Shown here: positions 8,929 to 18,119 of the stretch, in pieces
Numbering within the stretch: the first letter of the stretch is position 1
Layout: every line of letters starts with the position of its first letter
Virus record (IMG/VR): IMGVR_UViG_3300028025_000090
DNA from: a virus
Direction: 5' to 3' (one strand)
Length of the DNA: 64,000 nucleotides
Notes under the pieces: model-generated
Databases searched by the model: none
Told to the model about the DNA's origin: nothing
What the model saw: the letters and a program-made list of their open reading frames with translations, nothing else
Translations under genes and position numbers: made by a program

Positions 8929-9846
8929 TTATTTCCTGATAAAATATCCTCTAGGTGGGTAATCTACAATACCATATGATCTACACCACTTTCTAATGGC
9001 ATTATCAGACACTTCATATTTTTTTCCTATTTTCGTGAATGGTAATTCCCATAGTAAATTCTCCAATTCTTCTTTACTAGGTTTTATTCGATGTGAATGT
9101 TGTTTGATTGCAGCACATTGATTACACCTACAAGCTGTTTTGGATATATCAATACCACAATCAATACAACATTTAACCTTCTTTGTTATTGGGATATAAT
9201 TAAAATAATCAAATTCAACTTTAACATTCGCATTTGATAACTTATCTATAAAATCACCCCACTTATCTAAATTGAAACATGCTGAATAATGAATCTCATA
9301 TACATCCCATCCATTAGCTTCTAACAAATCATGTCTTTCCTGATAGTAAGCTTTCAATGTTCCATCTCTTTCATAATGCTGATTACCATTGATTTCTAAT
9401 GCTATCATCTTATCAGGTAATGCTATATCAATAGAAAACGATCTACTATCAATTTCTGGTTGATACTCTTCTATATATGATATATTCAATTGTGTTAGAA
9501 ATTCTTTTACTTTCTCACAAGGTTTTGATTTGAACTTGTCTTTATTTCTCCATGGATGTTTATCAGGATTATCTTTTAACCATTGCTTTCTCTTCTCTGA
9601 TAGATTCCTTTTTGTTTCATCTGTATGTTTTTTTCTTATGTTGATATTTTCATTGACGATGAACAATTTTTGTTCTCTCGCATTTTTAAGTGCTGCATAT
9701 GGTAATTTATATTCTTTCCTTAATTTCGACATTGTAACGCCTCTATCGTGTAACTCTTGAATATGATTCCAGTCGTATCTATCTTCCAATTTACCCCATC
9801 GCAACTCATTCATGATTTTTGCTCTATCTTTATCAATCGAACTCAT
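8929..9846 (-). mobile_element. Free-standing homing endonuclease (NUMOD3-like motif + PD-(D/E)XK DUF559/Vsr-like domain + Zn ribbon + HTH); start revised from 9927
   Basis: RKKHTDETKRNLSEKR; FSIDIALPDKMIALEINGNQHY; CIDC...CNQC; TAAATA-N5-ATG upstream; opposite strand to array, between two tRNA-type genes. Confidence 0.75.
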
Positions 9847-9939
9847 ATTATTATTTATCTCCAATGTTAATATTTTCACTCTATCCAGTAAATAAAGATA
9901 TTGACATTCATAAAAACTAGAATACACTTTACATACAAT

Positions 9940-10011
9940 GCGCTTGAAGCATATCGGTCATGCAGCCGTCTCATAAACGGCAGAAAGCAGGTTCAACTCC
10001 TGTCGGGCGTA
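9940..10011 (+). tRNA. tRNA with CAU anticodon (Met or Ile2)
   Basis: D-stem GCAT/ATGC, anticodon arm GCCGT-CTCATAA-ACGGC, T-arm GCAGG-TTCAACT-CCTGT; weak acceptor with G-U pairs; no CCA; bounded by two array motifs. Confidence 0.8.
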
Positions 10012-10045
10012 CTAATTTATTAAAAAACTAGATTACAATCAGGAC

Positions 10046-10363
10046 ATGACAATTGCACAGCAACTTAAAATCAAAGAATTTCCATTTAAAATCAAAGATT
10101 CCGAGGGTAATCTGATTTACTCTGAGAACTTCAGTGGATATTGGGTAAAGAGTGAATACGACTCCGATGGTAATAAGATTTACTTTGAGAATTCCGATGG
10201 ATTCTGGGTAAAACGTGAATACAATTCCGAGGGTAATCGGATTTACTATGAATCTTCCTATGGAACAATCGTTGATAATCGCCCTAAAACGGAAATCCAA
10301 AAAGCCATTGAACTTCTCACGAAAGAGGGATTGATCGTAGATGGTAAGATTCTTAAAAACTAA
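10046..10363 (+). CDS. 21-aa-repeat protein, paralogue 3 (2 units)
   Basis: Same head, tail and unit. Confidence 0.9.
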   Translation: MTIAQQLKIKEFPFKIKDSEGNLIYSENFSGYWVKSEYDSDGNKIYFENSDGFWVKREYNSEGNRIYYESSYGTIVDNRPKTEIQKAIELLTKEGLIVDGKILKN

Positions 10364-10377
10364 AATATACTTGAGAC

Positions 10378-10557
10378 ATGACAACACAAGAAATTAACGA
10401 TCTGGAAAGCACATTTGATAATGTGGCAATTGAAATTTTCGATGCTCTACGTGATCATCCTGACTATCTTTCGATTAAAGTTAAATTCGATTCAATGCAA
10501 ACAATGATGCAGAAAGCTATCGGAGAAAAATTTCCTGATAGTTGGATGGCACAATAA
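10378..10557 (+). CDS. Short hypothetical protein (59 aa)
   Basis: After motif; translated by hand. Confidence 0.65.
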   Translation: MTTQEINDLESTFDNVAIEIFDALRDHPDYLSIKVKFDSMQTMMQKAIGEKFPDSWMAQ

Positions 10558-10571
10558 AAAACTAAAATACT

Positions 10572-10925
10572 ATGGGATTATTCAGTTGGAAAACACAAGA
10601 CACAGATCGCTCAATCCCCTGCGAGGGAGCAAGCAGACCTACTTTCAAAGTGGTGATGCACGACAACAACGGTAAAAAATGGATTGAAGATTGTTATGAG
10701 GGTTACGGTGTTTTTGGAGGAAAGGATTACTACGAACTTCTAGCAGAAATGAATGGAGAAGAACGGAGTGATTTAGAATCAAGAGAGGACGGTATCAACA
10801 TCGCATTTGGGAAAAAACCATTCATTGCGCCCAACCTAACAGAAACTGAGGATTGGGAATGGATCGACGAGAAACCTAAAAATTGTGAATACCAAGGGTA
10901 TTTCTACGACGACGAAGATTTTTAA
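10572..10925 (+). CDS. Acidic phage hypothetical protein
   Basis: MGLFSWKTQDT...YEGYGVFGGKDYYELLAEMN; after motif. Confidence 0.8.
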   Translation: MGLFSWKTQDTDRSIPCEGASRPTFKVVMHDNNGKKWIEDCYEGYGVFGGKDYYELLAEMNGEERSDLESREDGINIAFGKKPFIAPNLTETEDWEWIDEKPKNCEYQGYFYDDEDF

Positions 10926-10950
10926 TTAAAAACTAATATATCATAATAAC

Positions 10951-11112
10951 ATGCAATCTATCATCAAGCTTATTATAGCACCTTCAATTTATGGCGTATT
11001 GTCAATCATTCATGCGATTGTTGGCACTCCATACAATTTCCAAAATGTTGCGCTAACAATCATTCTATCAATCGTGGTGTTTTTGGCTATTGATAAAATC
11101 TTTGGGAATTAA
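10951..11112 (+). CDS. Short membrane protein (53 aa)
   Basis: After motif; two hydrophobic stretches. Confidence 0.55.
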   Translation: MQSIIKLIIAPSIYGVLSIIHAIVGTPYNFQNVALTIILSIVVFLAIDKIFGN

Positions 11113-11134
11113 AAAACTAGAATACAATTGAGAC

Positions 11135-11506
11135 ATGCGATTCAATAACACCGCAGAATTCCCTCAGTGGGTCAAGGATTACAAATTCTCACAGGATACC
11201 TATCCAACAGGGTATCAAGAGATTGCCAACGAATTGAAGGTCAAGGGTAACGAAATGGCTAAAAAATGGCGTGGTGTTGGCTTGAAAGAAATGCCTTTCA
11301 CACGATGTGAAATTGACAACAAGTTGGGATGTGATTACGATACGTATGAGACTTATCAAGTCTTTTGTGCATCCAAAGGTTCTCGCCCATCAGAGTGGGA
11401 TTATTTACATGATTCTGATGATCAGTATGACTTTTGCCGAACTGGTCATTTTGAAGAGGCACAAATAGGAGAATGGTATCTGGTAGTGGGATTTGATTTT
11501 GATTAA
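11135..11506 (+). CDS. Hypothetical protein
   Basis: After motif. Confidence 0.75.
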   Translation: MRFNNTAEFPQWVKDYKFSQDTYPTGYQEIANELKVKGNEMAKKWRGVGLKEMPFTRCEIDNKLGCDYDTYETYQVFCASKGSRPSEWDYLHDSDDQYDFCRTGHFEEAQIGEWYLVVGFDFD

Positions 11507-11529
11507 AAACTAGACTAATATAAACGCAT

Positions 11530-11817
11530 ATGGAATACGAATTTGTAGAAGAAGCTTTCGCAGCAAAAAAACGGATTGAAAAGAATTCAATATTACATTC
11601 TCTATTACTGGAGAGAGTCAACGAAAGTGAGAAATTCTCACCTATAGAAAGAAAATATCAATTTGGACAAGACTTTGGTTCTCTAACAATTAGCGATGGT
11701 CACGATTTTCATCTTGATTTGGGTCAAACAGGGTGTAATAAAACAATCATCGACGCAATTCTGGATATTCTGGAGAAGAAAGTGGTAGAAGACAAGGAAT
11801 TCATCGAAAATATTTAA
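11530..11817 (+). CDS. Hypothetical protein
   Basis: After motif. Confidence 0.75.
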   Translation: MEYEFVEEAFAAKKRIEKNSILHSLLLERVNESEKFSPIERKYQFGQDFGSLTISDGHDFHLDLGQTGCNKTIIDAILDILEKKVVEDKEFIENI

Positions 11818-11839
11818 AAAACTAGAATACAATTGAGCC

Positions 11840-12061
11840 ATGACATTACAAGAACATATCGCTTACCAAGAAGACAAGATTGATCGCCTTTATGAGCAGT
11901 ATTATCAGACTCAGGGTTATATTCACAAAGAAACAAGTATCAATTCTCATTTGAAAGCGGGAACTTTATTGGAATTGGTGAAACAACTCTATTCTTTAGA
12001 GATTGAGTTACGCTCTGCCATTGACACTCGCATGACACTTATCAATATTAAAAGCAAATAA
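11840..12061 (+). CDS. Hypothetical coiled-coil protein
   Basis: After motif. Confidence 0.7.
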   Translation: MTLQEHIAYQEDKIDRLYEQYYQTQGYIHKETSINSHLKAGTLLELVKQLYSLEIELRSAIDTRMTLINIKSK

Positions 12062-12085
12062 AAACTAGAATACAATTACACCATC

Positions 12086-12421
12086 ATGAAAGTTACTACA
12101 GAAAACGTTATCAATGCCATCGTTCACGAACAAATCAGCCATCGTGGAGGTGGAGTAGAGATTGATCTGAGCCAATTCGGATTCCCCGATGGTTCTCTCA
12201 TGTCTGCTTATCAAAATTACCTTGGTGGTGGTATGCTGGGAGCAATCCAAAGCGATCACAACATGTTCCGCATGGAATTCACCAAAGCACAAGAGAAAAA
12301 GATTGAGAACTTGTCAGAGATTCTCAAGCGTTATCTCCATGATCAAACGAATCATGAGGATGATGAATGGGAAAGCGCAACATATTTCCAAAATCAAATG
12401 CGACCAGCATCAGCTTATTAA
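12086..12421 (+). CDS. Phage hypothetical protein
   Basis: After motif; MSAYQNYLGGGMLGAI. Confidence 0.75.
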   Translation: MKVTTENVINAIVHEQISHRGGGVEIDLSQFGFPDGSLMSAYQNYLGGGMLGAIQSDHNMFRMEFTKAQEKKIENLSEILKRYLHDQTNHEDDEWESATYFQNQMRPASAY

Positions 12422-12445
12422 AAACTAGATTACAATTACACCATC

Positions 12446-12691
12446 ATGAAATACTTACCGACTATCGACCTCTGGAATCCCGCTGTGAATTATGCTGTTC
12501 GCACAGGACAATTGAAATTGCAGACAGGACAATGGGTAAAATGTGGCAATGAGAAGAAATCCCGCTTCGTTTGTGTAAAGCCTAAGAGCGGCACAATCTG
12601 GGCAAGCCATTGGCAGGGAGATAGCAAAAGCACCAATGAGCGTTTCAAAACGTTGTTGGAAGCGTCCAAAGGAATTAAAAAACTAGCTTAA
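12446..12691 (+). CDS. Hypothetical basic protein
   Basis: After motif; KLQTGQWVKCG...SRFV. Confidence 0.75.
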   Translation: MKYLPTIDLWNPAVNYAVRTGQLKLQTGQWVKCGNEKKSRFVCVKPKSGTIWASHWQGDSKSTNERFKTLLEASKGIKKLA

Positions 12692-12700
12692 TATTGAGGC

Positions 12701-12874
12701 ATGACAAAAGAATTAACTGAAAAATACCTTGAAACAGCAATCAGAAGAAAATCTTATCTTCTTGATCGTATCTCAAAAGTGAGAGATATTCTTGAAGAAT
12801 TGGAAAACGATCTGGAAGATGTGGAGAATGAAATCCAAGACTTGCAAAGCGTTTTAAAAACTAAATTAAAATAA
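12701..12874 (+). CDS. Short coiled-coil protein (57 aa)
   Basis: After motif; translated by hand MTKELTEKYLE... Confidence 0.6.
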   Translation: MTKELTEKYLETAIRRKSYLLDRISKVRDILEELENDLEDVENEIQDLQSVLKTKLK

Positions 12875-12878
12875 TCAC

Positions 12879-13163
12879 ATGGCAAACAAATACATCGTCG
12901 ATTTAGAATTGACAAATTGTGGAGTAGAGAAAGTCGCTACTAGACTGGTATCTGCTAAGGATGAAACGGAAGCATGTATGGAAGCATTGCTGAATGAAAT
13001 CCACAATGCCATTGGTAATGGAGCAGAATGGGATGAAGATGATGAAGGTGAACCAACATACGAAAAAATCCTTGATTTTAATGGTGAATGGGTTTATACT
13101 GTATATAAAGTGACTCACATCGAATCAGAAGAAGAATACAAGATTCTGGAAAAGTATCTGTAA
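12879..13163 (+). CDS. Acidic hypothetical protein
   Basis: After motif; D/E-rich. Confidence 0.75.
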   Translation: MANKYIVDLELTNCGVEKVATRLVSAKDETEACMEALLNEIHNAIGNGAEWDEDDEGEPTYEKILDFNGEWVYTVYKVTHIESEEEYKILEKYL

Positions 13164-13188
13164 TTAAAAACTAAATTACAATAATCAC

Positions 13189-13506
13189 ATGACAATCGCC
13201 AAACAATTAAAAATTAAAGAATTTCCATTTGAAATCAAAGATTCCAATGGTAATCGGATTTACTACGAGAACTCCGATGGATATTGGGTAAAGCGTGAAT
13301 ACGATTCCAAGGGTAATAAGATTTACTACGAGGATTCCAAGGGATATTGGGCAAAACGGAAATACGATTCCAAGGGTAAAGAGATTTACTTTGAGAACTC
13401 CTATGGAACAATCATTGACAATCGCCCCAAAACAGAAATCCAAAAAGCCATCGAACTTCTAACGAAAGAGGGATTGATTGTGGATGGTAAGATTCTTAAA
13501 AACTAA
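13189..13506 (+). CDS. 21-aa-repeat protein, paralogue 4 (2 units)
   Basis: Same head, tail and unit. Confidence 0.9.
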   Translation: MTIAKQLKIKEFPFEIKDSNGNRIYYENSDGYWVKREYDSKGNKIYYEDSKGYWAKRKYDSKGKEIYFENSYGTIIDNRPKTEIQKAIELLTKEGLIVDGKILKN

Positions 13507-13520
13507 ATTATAATTTACAC

Positions 13521-13670
13521 ATGGACACGCAAGATATTATTACACGACTGAGAGACATCTCATTGGATGCTGATTGTGCTACAGGTTCATTCAAAAATGA
13601 TTCTCTGGTAGAAGCATTGGAAGACATTGTTCTCTCTATCGAACTACTGATCAATGATATTAAAAACTAA
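13521..13670 (+). CDS. Short acidic protein (49 aa)
   Basis: After motif; ends DIKN*. Confidence 0.6.
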   Translation: MDTQDIITRLRDISLDADCATGSFKNDSLVEALEDIVLSIELLINDIKN

Positions 13671-13692
13671 ATTAAAATAACGACACACTATT

Positions 13693-14172
13693 ATGGGACT
13701 AGACATGTATATTAAACGCACGAATCGCACCGATCACACAATCGAAGAATTGGAGGCGATTGACGACAACTGGGACATCAATCCAGAAAGCGAGGAAGTT
13801 GCACCTTTCCTACCTCTTCGTGAATATGAATTCTCCAAGGGTGCTTTTAGTATCTTTCATGAGGAAGCATATTGGCGCAAATTCAATGCTCTCCACAACT
13901 GGTTTGTCGAGCGTGTGCAAGATGGTATTGATAAGTGTCAGACATCAGAACTTCATAAAGAAACCTTTGTCGAGTTGTTGAACGATATTCAATCCGTCTT
14001 GGGTGGTGAAGTTGTCGAGGATTTAGAGCCTGTCTCTGGCTTCTTCTTCGGTTCTACTGAGAAAGACGAATGGTATTTTGAGAGTATGCGTAAAGCAAAA
14101 GAGAAAATCGAAAGTCTCATCAAGAATACTGACTTCAAGAAGTATCGCTTATTCTACCATGCAAGTTGGTGA
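13693..14172 (+). CDS. Phage hypothetical protein (MGLDMY type)
   Basis: MGLDMY...YWRKFNALHNWFV...GFFFGST...YHASW. Confidence 0.8.
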   Translation: MGLDMYIKRTNRTDHTIEELEAIDDNWDINPESEEVAPFLPLREYEFSKGAFSIFHEEAYWRKFNALHNWFVERVQDGIDKCQTSELHKETFVELLNDIQSVLGGEVVEDLEPVSGFFFGSTEKDEWYFESMRKAKEKIESLIKNTDFKKYRLFYHASW

Positions 14173-14204
14173 TGCTCGATAAAAACTAGATTACAATTGA
14201 GCTT

Positions 14205-14414
14205 ATGAAAAAGCAATATATCATAATCCAATTGGAAACCAAAGAGAGTCAAGTTCCTGATGGTTATCACATGACTACGAGAACAGAGTATTTTGGTGTT
14301 ACTAATGGTTATCCTATCACTTTCGATACACTGGAAGAGGCGGAAAAAGAATTGGCAGCGTGGATTGGTAAATGGTCTAAATACACGATCATTCCCCTTT
14401 ACACTCAAGATTAA
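14205..14414 (+). CDS. Hypothetical protein
   Basis: After motif. Confidence 0.7.
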   Translation: MKKQYIIIQLETKESQVPDGYHMTTRTEYFGVTNGYPITFDTLEEAEKELAAWIGKWSKYTIIPLYTQD

Positions 14415-14435
14415 AAACTAGAATAGAATCAGGAC

Positions 14436-14822
14436 ATGCAAAAGATTAGCACAACACAATTCGGAGAAGTCAAAGTCACCATGTTTCTCTCCAACACCAA
14501 AAAACCTACATGGTCAAACGGTGATCATGATCATTATCGAGTGAAGATTGGACATGAAGGAAAATCCCACACTTTCGATTTTTGGGGTAGTATTGCCAAT
14601 AAAGAAAATAATCAATTGGAGAATGTAAAAAATGCTCTGAATTGCTTTGCCAGTGATTGCGATCTGGGAGAGGGAGAATTCAAAGACTTCATCTGGAAAA
14701 CAGGTGGATTCGAAGATTCGAAGAATTTGAAAATCTTCAAAGCTTGTCAGAAATCCCATAAAGCAATGAAACGCTTGAACATTCCCAACAATGTTTCCCT
14801 TGGATGGTTGGACGGAGAATAA
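14436..14822 (+). CDS. Phage hypothetical protein
   Basis: After motif. Confidence 0.75.
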   Translation: MQKISTTQFGEVKVTMFLSNTKKPTWSNGDHDHYRVKIGHEGKSHTFDFWGSIANKENNQLENVKNALNCFASDCDLGEGEFKDFIWKTGGFEDSKNLKIFKACQKSHKAMKRLNIPNNVSLGWLDGE

Positions 14823-14875
14823 AAACTAGATTAGAATTTGTATCACCGCAGGACACCAACAACGAAACATAAGAC

Positions 14876-15055
14876 ATGAACATCACCATTACATCGAATG
14901 CAATCAATGACGGCAAACAGCACGTTCTTAAAGTGCCTTTTCTTGGGACATTTACCGTCGATCAAAAAGACCGTAATCGCGCCATCGCTTACGTATTGAG
15001 TAATAATAAGAGTGATTCGCTTTACTTTTTACGTAAATTGAGTATTGAATGCTAA
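14876..15055 (+). CDS. Short hypothetical protein (59 aa) with a longer (about 35-nt) leader
   Basis: Translated by hand MNITITSN...IEC*. Confidence 0.55.
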   Translation: MNITITSNAINDGKQHVLKVPFLGTFTVDQKDRNRAIAYVLSNNKSDSLYFLRKLSIEC

Positions 15056-15095
15056 TAGAAAATAACCCAATTAAAAACTAAAATACAATAATCAC

Positions 15096-15539
15096 ATGAC
15101 AATAGCACAGCAACTTAAAATTAAAGAATTTCCATTTGAAATCAAAGATTCCATGGGTAATACGATTTACTTGGAGGACTCCAAGGGATATTGGTTTAAG
15201 TGTGAATACGATTCTAATGGTAAAGAGATTTACTATGAGCAATCTGATGGATATTGGGCAAAACGTGAATACGATTCCAAGGGTAATCGGATTTACTGGG
15301 AGAACTTTAGTGGAGCTTGGATTAAACATGAATACGATTCCGATGGTAACAATACTTACTACGAGAACTCCAATGGATATTGGGCAAAGCGTGAATACGA
15401 TTCTGATGGTAATCAGATTTACTGTGAGAACTCCGATGGAACAATCATTGACAATCGCCCCAAAACGGAAATCCAAAAAGCTATCGAACTTCTCACGAAA
15501 GAAGGATTGATCGTAGATGGAAAGATTCTTAAAAACTAA
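15096..15539 (+). CDS. 21-aa-repeat protein, paralogue 5 (4 units)
   Basis: 147 aa = 105 + 2x21. Confidence 0.9.
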   Translation: MTIAQQLKIKEFPFEIKDSMGNTIYLEDSKGYWFKCEYDSNGKEIYYEQSDGYWAKREYDSKGNRIYWENFSGAWIKHEYDSDGNNTYYENSNGYWAKREYDSDGNQIYCENSDGTIIDNRPKTEIQKAIELLTKEGLIVDGKILKN

Positions 15540-15553
15540 ATTACAATAATCAC

Positions 15554-15871
15554 ATGACAATAGCACAGCAACTTAAAATCAAAGAATTTCCTTTTGAAAT
15601 CAACGATTCCGAGGGTAATGAGATTTACTACGAGGACTCCGATGGATATTGGGTAAAACGTGAATACAATTCAAAGGGTAATCTGATTTACTTGGAGGAC
15701 TCCACTGGATATTGGGTAAAACGTGAATACGATTCCAATGGTAATGTGATTTACTACGAGAACTCCTATGGAACGATCCACGATAATCACCCCAAGACCG
15801 ATGTACAGAAAGCTATCGAACTCTTGACAAAAGAGGGATTGATCGTAGATGGTAAGATTCTTAAAAACTAA
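15554..15871 (+). CDS. 21-aa-repeat protein, paralogue 6 (2 units)
   Basis: Same head, tail and unit. Confidence 0.9.
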   Translation: MTIAQQLKIKEFPFEINDSEGNEIYYEDSDGYWVKREYNSKGNLIYLEDSTGYWVKREYDSNGNVIYYENSYGTIHDNHPKTDVQKAIELLTKEGLIVDGKILKN

Positions 15872-15885
15872 AATATAATTACATT

Positions 15886-16203
15886 ATGACAATAGCACAA
15901 CAACTGAAAATCAAACAGTTTCCTTTTGAAATCAAAGATTCCGAGGGTAATCGGATTTACTACGAGAACTCCTATGGATATTGGGCAAAACGTGAATACA
16001 ATTCAAAGGGTAATCTGATTTACTTGGAGGACTCCAAGGGATATTGGGTAAAACGTGAATACGATTCCAATGGTAATGTGATTTACTACGAGAACTCCGA
16101 TGGAACGATCCACGATAAACGTCCCAAAACAGATGTGCAAAAAGCCATTGAACTTCTCACGAAAGAAGGATTGCTGGTGGACGGTAAGATTCTTAAAAAC
16201 TAG
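15886..16203 (+). CDS. 21-aa-repeat protein, paralogue 7 (2 units)
   Basis: Same head, tail and unit. Confidence 0.9.
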   Translation: MTIAQQLKIKQFPFEIKDSEGNRIYYENSYGYWAKREYNSKGNLIYLEDSKGYWVKREYDSNGNVIYYENSDGTIHDKRPKTDVQKAIELLTKEGLLVDGKILKN

Positions 16204-16217
16204 AATACAATTAGGAC

Positions 16218-16490
16218 ATGGAAATTACATCCGATACAGATATTCTAACGGTCAAGAAAATCCTCAAATCAATGGGTTATAAAATGAAGACCAAAAGATT
16301 CTCATGGGGTAGAAATGTCATCTATCATCATATAGAATCGGGACAAGATAGAACTGGTAATGTATATACAAAAGAGACTATAGAAAAGTGGTTGCCATTG
16401 AATAGGTGGTTGACTGCGAACCAAGAAAATCTCCTTGTAATTGCTAGGAAAAATTGTCTTTATGGTATGTTAGAAGGTGCGACAAAATGA
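16218..16490 (+). CDS. Hypothetical protein
   Basis: After motif; flanked by a 30-bp direct repeat. Confidence 0.7.
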   Translation: MEITSDTDILTVKKILKSMGYKMKTKRFSWGRNVIYHHIESGQDRTGNVYTKETIEKWLPLNRWLTANQENLLVIARKNCLYGMLEGATK

Positions 16491-16532
16491 CACAGGTGGA
16501 ATCGAAATTAAAAACTAGAATACAATTAGGAC

Positions 16533-16709
16533 ATGGATACATTAGACTTTATTATGGCAGTAGAAGAAGGAAGCATGGACATGGACACTTTCGTGGAGAA
16601 TGTTCAGGACTTCGTGAACAGTGGAATCTGGAAATCTCTACAGGGATCATGGCAACGCATGGTTTATCAATGGGCTGAATCTGGATATTGTAATGTCGAT
16701 TCTCTCTAG
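16533..16709 (+). CDS. Short acidic protein (58 aa)
   Basis: After motif; SGIWKSLQGSWQR. Confidence 0.65.
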   Translation: MDTLDFIMAVEEGSMDMDTFVENVQDFVNSGIWKSLQGSWQRMVYQWAESGYCNVDSL

Positions 16710-16958
16710 CAGAAAATGCTTTAGCGGTGGTGAATCAACATGATTAAAAACATTGATAAATCAAGGAAAAATGGCGTGACAAAATGACGCACTTACTGCG
16801 ACAAAATGACACAGGGATAGACGGATATAGAAATAAAATAAAAAATAAATTAAACTTTTGGTAACATGGTAAAATCCTCTCCCTTGGTGGTTCTTGGGAG
16901 AGGTAAACCAATCCACGAAATAAAACACATTTAAAAACTAGCTTAAACTTTTGACATC

Positions 16959-17126
16959 ATGAAAAACATACTCACTATTTTAACATCTGCTGCTATCACA
17001 TTGTCTCCCACTTTTAGCCTTTGCGCGTTCTTCATCTATGGTGGAAGAAATGCAGTGTTCGATGCAATCTGCTTTCTGGTATTTGGAGCTACTTGCTACA
17101 CTCTCGCATTACTCCGACACAAGTGA
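16959..17126 (+). CDS. Short membrane protein (55 aa)
   Basis: After motif; hydrophobic. Confidence 0.55.
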   Translation: MKNILTILTSAAITLSPTFSLCAFFIYGGRNAVFDAICFLVFGATCYTLALLRHK

Positions 17127-17158
17127 AACGCATTTAAAAACTAGCTTAAACTGATACC

Positions 17159-17401
17159 ATGCTCAACATCACCATTGATCCGAAAGAAATCCGCGCTGAA
17201 TATCGTAAAGACCAAGGTGGTCGCGGATGGTTGTATATCTCAGTTCCTAACGGATGGGATGACGTATCGAAATTGTGCAAGAAAGTTCTCACGTATGATG
17301 GGCGAAAATTCCTTTACAGTGGATGGAATTCCGATAGAAACGATTGTTTCTTCAAGGAAGAACTGGTAGGAAGTTCCACGGTGGTAGCACGAATCAATTA
17401 A
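17159..17401 (+). CDS. Phage hypothetical protein
   Basis: After motif. Confidence 0.75.
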   Translation: MLNITIDPKEIRAEYRKDQGGRGWLYISVPNGWDDVSKLCKKVLTYDGRKFLYSGWNSDRNDCFFKEELVGSSTVVARIN

Positions 17402-17422
17402 AAACTAGAGTAAACTGATAAC

Positions 17423-17608
17423 ATGAAGACCTACATTATCACAGTAAAATCAATCGGATATGACACGATTGTCCTGCGAGTCAATGCATCAAATCTAACA
17501 TTTGCCAAATCCTATAAAACAGAAGCAATTCAAAAATTTGCAGAAGTGAATGACATTTGTTTTGCCGATGCTAAAATGTTAGGTTCCATCTCCATCCTTA
17601 AAAACTAG
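17423..17608 (+). CDS. Hypothetical protein
   Basis: After motif; ends ILKN*. Confidence 0.7.
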   Translation: MKTYIITVKSIGYDTIVLRVNASNLTFAKSYKTEAIQKFAEVNDICFADAKMLGSISILKN

Positions 17609-17622
17609 AATAAACTGATAAC

Positions 17623-17802
17623 ATGACAAGACAATACACCAATCAACTACTGGAAATGATCGACAACGGAATCCTTGATGCTGAAACGGTTCTCCGTTCG
17701 TGTCTCTCTTATATGTCCGAAGCAGAAGTGCAGGACATGGCAGAATCCGAGGGATTCATCGAAGAAGAGGAAGAGGACGAAGAAGAGGACGAAGAAGAGT
17801 AA
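17623..17802 (+). CDS. Short protein with poly-E/D tail (59 aa)
   Basis: After motif; ends EEEEEDEEEDEEE*. Confidence 0.7.
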   Translation: MTRQYTNQLLEMIDNGILDAETVLRSCLSYMSEAEVQDMAESEGFIEEEEEDEEEDEEE

Positions 17803-17811
17803 AATCCTCCC

Positions 17812-17902
17812 TCAGTCTCAATAAGGACATTTTCAGAATCCTTGTATCTACAATGAAAAAAGTCATTTTGCTCTAGGACTATTTGAATCTTATTGAGACT
17901 GA
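17812..17902. repeat. 91-bp element with 14-bp perfect terminal inverted repeats
   Basis: TCAGTCTCAATAAG (17812-17825) / CTTATTGAGACTGA (17889-17902). Confidence 0.75.
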
Positions 17903-17929
17903 AGTTAAAAACTAGCTTAAACTGATACC

Positions 17930-18100
17930 ATGACCACATCAGAACGCAACAGAGTCAAAATTCAATTGTATATTAAGAACAAAAAGATGTTTGCGTTGAC
18001 ATATGGAGGAGAAAAACTCTCTCCCATAATCGAAGAAATTCTTACGAATGAACTTGAAAAGGAAAATCCAAGAGACTTGGACACCTTATTATCCAATTAA
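17930..18100 (+). CDS. Short hypothetical protein (56 aa)
   Basis: After motif; translated by hand. Confidence 0.6.
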   Translation: MTTSERNRVKIQLYIKNKKMFALTYGGEKLSPIIEEILTNELEKENPRDLDTLLSN

Positions 18101-18119
18101 AAACTAGAATAAGATTTCA

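Noticed and set aside
7699-16203. Diversity-generating retroelement as a firm call
   Set aside because: No RT, Avd or non-coding template repeat seen; some changes (tat/gct) cannot be assigned to adenine mutagenesis without a template; kept only as a hypothesis
7739-16282. Alternative-frame and antisense ORFs over the repeat proteins (e.g. 7739..7927, 8112..8537, 15078..15566, 15136..15510)
   Set aside because: By-products of the 63-bp repeats; no motif-linked start
16753-16764. FNR box TTGAT...ATCAA
   Set aside because: Spacer is 2 nt rather than 4
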